This document shows positions 60,273 to 64,000 of a stretch of 64,000 nucleotides of DNA, in pieces. Where the stretch lies: IMG/VR virus record IMGVR_UViG_2681813556_000004, positions 19,783-83,782 of that record. One strand, given 5' to 3'. Every line of letters starts with the position of its first letter. Position 1 is the stretch's first letter. The notes beneath the pieces are model-generated. The model was not told the DNA's origin and did no database searches. It worked only from the letters and a program-made list of their open reading frames with translations. The stretch is from a virus (lineage: Duplodnaviria; Caudoviricetes). A program made the position numbers and the translations under genes.

Positions 60273-61027
60273 TCGAAGAAGGCCGCGCGCCCGCCGCGCC
60301 CGGACACAATAACCCCCCGCCATACGACCCTGACAAGCACGCCGATCTGGCAGCCCGCGTTGAGAAGTTCATGGCGACCTGCAACGAGGTGCGCGCGGCA
60401 GGGGAAATCACCAGCGAGGAGAATGCCCAGCACCTTTCAGACCTGATCGCCGGTTTGCGCGGCCTCAAAAAGCAGGTCGAGGCGCAAAAGAAGGCTGACA
60501 AGGCACCGCATGACGAGGCGGGTAAGGCAGTTGTGGCGGCGTTCAGCCCGCTTGAGGAGCGTCTTGAACGGGCAGCCAAAGCGATGCTTGTCGTCATGCA
60601 AGGCTGGCTGGACAAGAAGAAGGCCGAGGCCGAGGCCGAAAAGGCGCGTAAGGCGGCAGAGGCCGAGGCCGCACGCAAAGCCGCCGAGGACGCAGCCGCG
60701 CAGGCAGCCGCTACTGGCAACATCGACGCTGAAATCGAGGCCGAACGGCTGGCCAAGGAAGCGGCCAAGGCCGAGAAGCGGGCCGCGAAACAGGTGAAGG
60801 TCTCGGTTGGCAGTGCCACCGGCGCCGGGCGCACAGTCAGTACCCGGAAGGTGCGCAGCGCGGAAATCACCAACGCCCGTGCGCTGTTCTTGCGCTACGC
60901 CGATCATCCGAAGGTGCTGGACGTTCTGCAATCGCTGGCCAATGCCGATGTGCGGTCGGGTGAAATCACCGAGGCGAATGCTGCCCTGTTCGGGGTGAGC
61001 ATTCGGGAAACGGCGGTGGCCGCATGA
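60263..61027 (+). CDS. Coiled-coil Gam/Gp157-like protein
   Basis: GHNNPP N-terminus, long coiled coil, upstream of the recombinase; function inferred. Confidence 0.6.
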   Translation: MDVIEEGRAPAAPGHNNPPPYDPDKHADLAARVEKFMATCNEVRAAGEITSEENAQHLSDLIAGLRGLKKQVEAQKKADKAPHDEAGKAVVAAFSPLEERLERAAKAMLVVMQGWLDKKKAEAEAEKARKAAEAEAARKAAEDAAAQAAATGNIDAEIEAERLAKEAAKAEKRAAKQVKVSVGSATGAGRTVSTRKVRSAEITNARALFLRYADHPKVLDVLQSLANADVRSGEITEANAALFGVSIRETAVAA

Positions 61028-61302
61028 GCCTCGGTCGCACGATCACCATCGACACCTACGCGCGGCGCGAGGAAGGCGTCTATGGCGTGATTGTCGAATA
61101 CGCCGGTCAGGCGCCGATCCTGCTGGAGCGTGAGGGCTGCGACTCGTCGTTCCGGTCCTGCATGGAGCAAGTGGAGCGGATCAGCACGGACAGGCGCGCA
61201 ATCCGCTACTGCATCGTCCGTCTTGTGCCGATCGATGGCAACGAACTCCTGCTGCTCGACTTCGAGCGGCTTCAAGCCTTCAACAAGGAATCCGAAGAAT
61301 GA
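61024..61302 (+). CDS. Phage hypothetical protein
   Basis: ATGA coupling on both sides. Confidence 0.65.
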   Translation: MSLGRTITIDTYARREEGVYGVIVEYAGQAPILLEREGCDSSFRSCMEQVERISTDRRAIRYCIVRLVPIDGNELLLLDFERLQAFNKESEE

Positions 61303-62459
61303 ACACCGCCCTCATTGCGGCGCCGCAGAATCCTGCGCTGTCGCTGCTCATGGACGTCCAGAAATTCGAGCACATGCAGCGGATCGGCAGGATGTTTGCC
61401 CTGTCCCCCTTGTTCCCCGAACACCTGCGCAAAGGCGGGCTGGATCCTGCCACCGCCAACGCAGTGCTGGTGCTGAACATGGCGAACCGGCTGAACGAGG
61501 ATCCGCTGACGGTCGCCCAGCAAATCTATTTCGTGGGTGGAAAGCCGGGCTGGTCGACCTCTTACATGATCGGCAAGGCCAACCAGCACGGCGTGTTCCG
61601 CGATCCCATTGATTGGGAAGTGACCGGGAAAGGCGAAAGCTTGTCCGTCACCGCCTTCGGCATCCTCAAGGCCACCGGCACGCGGGTTCAGATCACCTGC
61701 GACATGGCGATGGCCAAGGCCGAGGGCTGGACGAAAAATCCCAAGTACCAGTCCATGCCGGAGCAGATGCTGCGCTATCGCAGTGCCGCGTTCCTGATCC
61801 GCCTCTACTGCCCGGAGGTGATGATTGGCGTGCCCATGCAGGTCGAGAATGAACTCGAGACCATGCGCGACGTGTCACCGAATGATGCGCCCGTGGTCGA
61901 GGCCAACAAGGAACCACCCGTTGAAGCAAAGGCCGAGGAGGCGGTCGAGGCCGATCCCCCGCGGCGCAGCAGGCACGAGATCCAGAAGGAATTTGCACGT
62001 CAGCAACGCACGGCATCCGAAAAGCCCGCGCCTGCCGAAGCCGTAAGGCAGAAGGAACCCGAAGGGCCGACCGAGGCCCAGATGCAGGGCCTGCTGGATC
62101 TGATGCTGGCCGAACTGGCACAGGCCGGGCCGGACGTGGTGCGTTCGACCTATTCTGAACAGATCGACCTGATGCGTCGGGCATTTCCGAACCTTCACGC
62201 CAAGCTGGCGACGGCGCTGGATGGCCCCCAGCCGCAGGACTCGATGGCCCAAGGTGGCCTGTTCCAGGGTGAACGGAGCAACGAGCCGGACTTCCTCTCC
62301 ACGCCCATCGCGCGCCAGTTCCTTGCCGATGTTGATGCCGTTGGCTTGCAGGAGGCGGTCAGTCTGCATGAGCCGTCGCTTGAAAATCTGCGGCGCACCT
62401 CTGCCGAAGGCTACCGCGCACTGATCCGCAAGGCCGAGGACATCGAGGCCTCGGCTTGA
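61299..62459 (+). CDS. RecT/Red-beta-like single-strand annealing protein
   Basis: DPLTVAQQIYFVGGKP...MAMAKAEGW...KYQSMPEQMLRYRSAAFLIRLYCPEVMIGV..E.E; acidic disordered C-terminus. Confidence 0.75.
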   Translation: MNTALIAAPQNPALSLLMDVQKFEHMQRIGRMFALSPLFPEHLRKGGLDPATANAVLVLNMANRLNEDPLTVAQQIYFVGGKPGWSTSYMIGKANQHGVFRDPIDWEVTGKGESLSVTAFGILKATGTRVQITCDMAMAKAEGWTKNPKYQSMPEQMLRYRSAAFLIRLYCPEVMIGVPMQVENELETMRDVSPNDAPVVEANKEPPVEAKAEEAVEADPPRRSRHEIQKEFARQQRTASEKPAPAEAVRQKEPEGPTEAQMQGLLDLMLAELAQAGPDVVRSTYSEQIDLMRRAFPNLHAKLATALDGPQPQDSMAQGGLFQGERSNEPDFLSTPIARQFLADVDAVGLQEAVSLHEPSLENLRRTSAEGYRALIRKAEDIEASA

Positions 62460-62514
62460 TCCGCCGCCCGGCCTTCGGGCCGGGCCACACCCTCGCGTAG
62501 CAGAGAGCATTCCG

Positions 62515-62886
62515 ATGAAACGGCGGAACTGGACCAAGGCGCAGCGGGCGCGACTCTATGAGGCCCATGCTGGCGTCTGCCATATCTGCGGTGAACCCAT
62601 CGACCTCGATACCGACCGCATGGAGGTCGAGCATGTGGTTCCCCTCGCGCTTGGCGGGGCAGACGAATGGTCGAATGTCCGACCGGCCCATGCCTCGTGC
62701 CACGCCGCCAAGACACGGGCCGATGTGACCCACATCGCCAAGGCAAAGCGCGTCAACCTGAAACACACCGGCCAGTTCAGGCCGCCAAGGCGCATCGTTC
62801 CGGGCTCCAGGACGAGCCGGTTCAAGAAGTGCCTGAACGGCACGGTGCTTATTCGACAGAAAGGAGCCCCCAATGCGCGGGCATGA
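62515..62886 (+). CDS. HNH endonuclease
   Basis: CHICG...EVEHVVPLALGGADEWSNVRPAHASCHAAKT. Confidence 0.88.
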   Translation: MKRRNWTKAQRARLYEAHAGVCHICGEPIDLDTDRMEVEHVVPLALGGADEWSNVRPAHASCHAAKTRADVTHIAKAKRVNLKHTGQFRPPRRIVPGSRTSRFKKCLNGTVLIRQKGAPNARA

Positions 62887-63157
62887 GACACGGCGCCGTC
62901 CATTGAAAATGTCGCCGCTGATGATGACCAAGGCCTACTTGATCTGGGCGCACTGCCAGTCGCGCGGCTGGGGGCAGTCCTTCCAGAGCGTGGCCGATGC
63001 ACTCGGTTTTCCCCGGCAAACAGTGATCAGCATTGCGCGGGGCAAGGGGTGGATTGGACGCTTCCGGTCCGAGACGCCCAACGCCATCGACGTGCCCCTG
63101 ATCGGTGAGGATCAGGAAGTTTCCCTTGAACCCCAATCCGCGCCCCGCTGGGCGTAA
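62873..63157 (+). CDS. Small HTH-like phage protein
   Basis: SFQSVADALGFPRQTVISIARGKGW. Confidence 0.55.
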   Translation: MRGHETRRRPLKMSPLMMTKAYLIWAHCQSRGWGQSFQSVADALGFPRQTVISIARGKGWIGRFRSETPNAIDVPLIGEDQEVSLEPQSAPRWA

Positions 63158-63169
63158 GCAGGAGCCGCA

Positions 63170-63427
63170 GTGATGAGCAATCCGACCGATGCCTATGCGG
63201 TGACCGCCGACGAACTGCGCCAGTTCATCGAACGTGCCGAACAACTGGCCGCCGAAAAGAAGGACATTGCCGAACAGGAGAAGGAACTGTTCGCCGAGGC
63301 CAAGGGCCGGGGCTACGACACGAAGGTGATGAAGAAGGTCATCGCCTTGCGCAAACGCAAGCCCGACGACATCGCTGAGGAAGAAGCGGTTCTGGATATG
63401 TACCGGGCCGCCCTCGGGATGGGCTGA
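63170..63427 (+). CDS. GapR/DUF2312 (UPF0335) family nucleoid-associated protein
   Basis: ELRQFIERAEQLAAEKKDIAEQEKELFAEAKGRGYDTKVMKKVIALRKR...EEEAVLDMY. Confidence 0.92.
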   Translation: MMSNPTDAYAVTADELRQFIERAEQLAAEKKDIAEQEKELFAEAKGRGYDTKVMKKVIALRKRKPDDIAEEEAVLDMYRAALGMG

Positions 63428-63429
63428 CC

Positions 63430-63585
63430 ATGCCCAAGTACCTCGCCACCGTGAAGCAGGTGATCGTCGTCAAGGTGACGGTCCATGCCGCGAATGAAGC
63501 GGTCGCCAAAGCACGCGCGGAACAGGTTGTCAGGGGTTTTGCCAAGACGACCGGCGCCACCACCCTCAAGGTTCAGGAGTTGTAG
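63430..63585 (+). CDS. 51-aa phage protein (not in ORF track)
   Basis: MPKYLATVKQVIVVKVTVHAANEAVAKARAEQ; fills the gap in the operon. Confidence 0.6.
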   Translation: MPKYLATVKQVIVVKVTVHAANEAVAKARAEQVVRGFAKTTGATTLKVQEL

Positions 63586-63846
63586 ATGGCAGATCTTGCC
63601 GCCTCCCTTTCGCAGAGACTCGCCAGCACCGCCACGGGCTACGCTGCCGTGATCGACGGCATTCTGAATGTCAGAACGGTGACGGAAACCCGCAACATGG
63701 CCGCCTTCAATGCCATGTTGGTGCAAGGTCTCCAGGTCGTATCGACCTGCCAGAACGTGGATTGTGATTGCATGGTCAAACTGTTGTCGCAGTTGCGGCC
63801 GGGCTCAAAGATCGTTGCCGTGCAGGTGGGGGTCGCCAATGCGTGA
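63586..63846 (+). CDS. Phage hypothetical protein
   Basis: AGGAG RBS; 86 aa. Confidence 0.6.
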   Translation: MADLAASLSQRLASTATGYAAVIDGILNVRTVTETRNMAAFNAMLVQGLQVVSTCQNVDCDCMVKLLSQLRPGSKIVAVQVGVANA

Positions 63847-64000
63847 CGGCCCGATCCGCTGCGTCCAGATCGGCGCACATTCCCTGGCCCAAGGCCCTGT
63901 GACCACCACGCCGGTCAATCCAGCCGATCACCGTCCCATGACGGTGCGGACCGGAGAGACCAGCACCGCGACCGGGCTCCCGGTCCCGAGCCTCAGAAAG
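63839..64000 (+). CDS. Phage hypothetical protein, 3' truncated
   Basis: ATG overlaps the upstream gene end; frame open to the window edge. Confidence 0.4.
   Translation, partial: MRDGPIRCVQIGAHSLAQGPVTTTPVNPADHRPMTVRTGETSTATGLPVPSLRK

Larger units (their letters stand above)
3712..64000. mobile_element. Temperate podovirus-type prophage (extends beyond right edge)
   Basis: Terminase, portal, capsid, tail, ejection and lysis modules plus a cI/cro switch; no tape-measure, tail-tube or sheath genes seen. Confidence 0.93.

Overview
The first ~3.7 kb is the edge of a defence-type island: the 3' part of an AIPR gene, a C5 DNA methyltransferase and a divergent vsr. From a probable att junction at ~3712-3813 to the right edge, the window is a temperate prophage of a high-GC alphaproteobacterium (Rhodobacteraceae-like, inferred from a GTTC-N7-GTTC LexA box and a GapR-family gene). 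The prophage continues beyond 64000, and no integrase is visible. It combines a lambdoid switch (cI/cro/cII-like genes, four ATGTCGC-N5-GCGACAT-type operators), replication, recombination and methylase genes, and a podovirus-type late operon on the minus strand. That operon runs terS, terL, portal, scaffold, CsrA-like gene, N4-gp56-type capsid, adaptor/nozzle, two tail proteins, GNAT, three ejection proteins, a 4883-aa polyvalent DarB-like protein, and a lysis cassette. A ~7 kb low-GC cargo region follows, with HNH, HEPN-motif, SRAP, and secreted or membrane proteins. The most notable observations are: (1) a CsrA-like gene together with a repeated CAYAGGAYGUG GGA-loop hairpin in front of the capsid, giant-protein and lysis genes, a candidate phage-encoded Csr-type late-gene control system; (2) a 77-aa gene nested out of frame inside the giant gene, where codon bias switches frame; (3) a C5 methyltransferase encoded as two overlapping frames. 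All calls come from manual motif recognition; no database searches were run.
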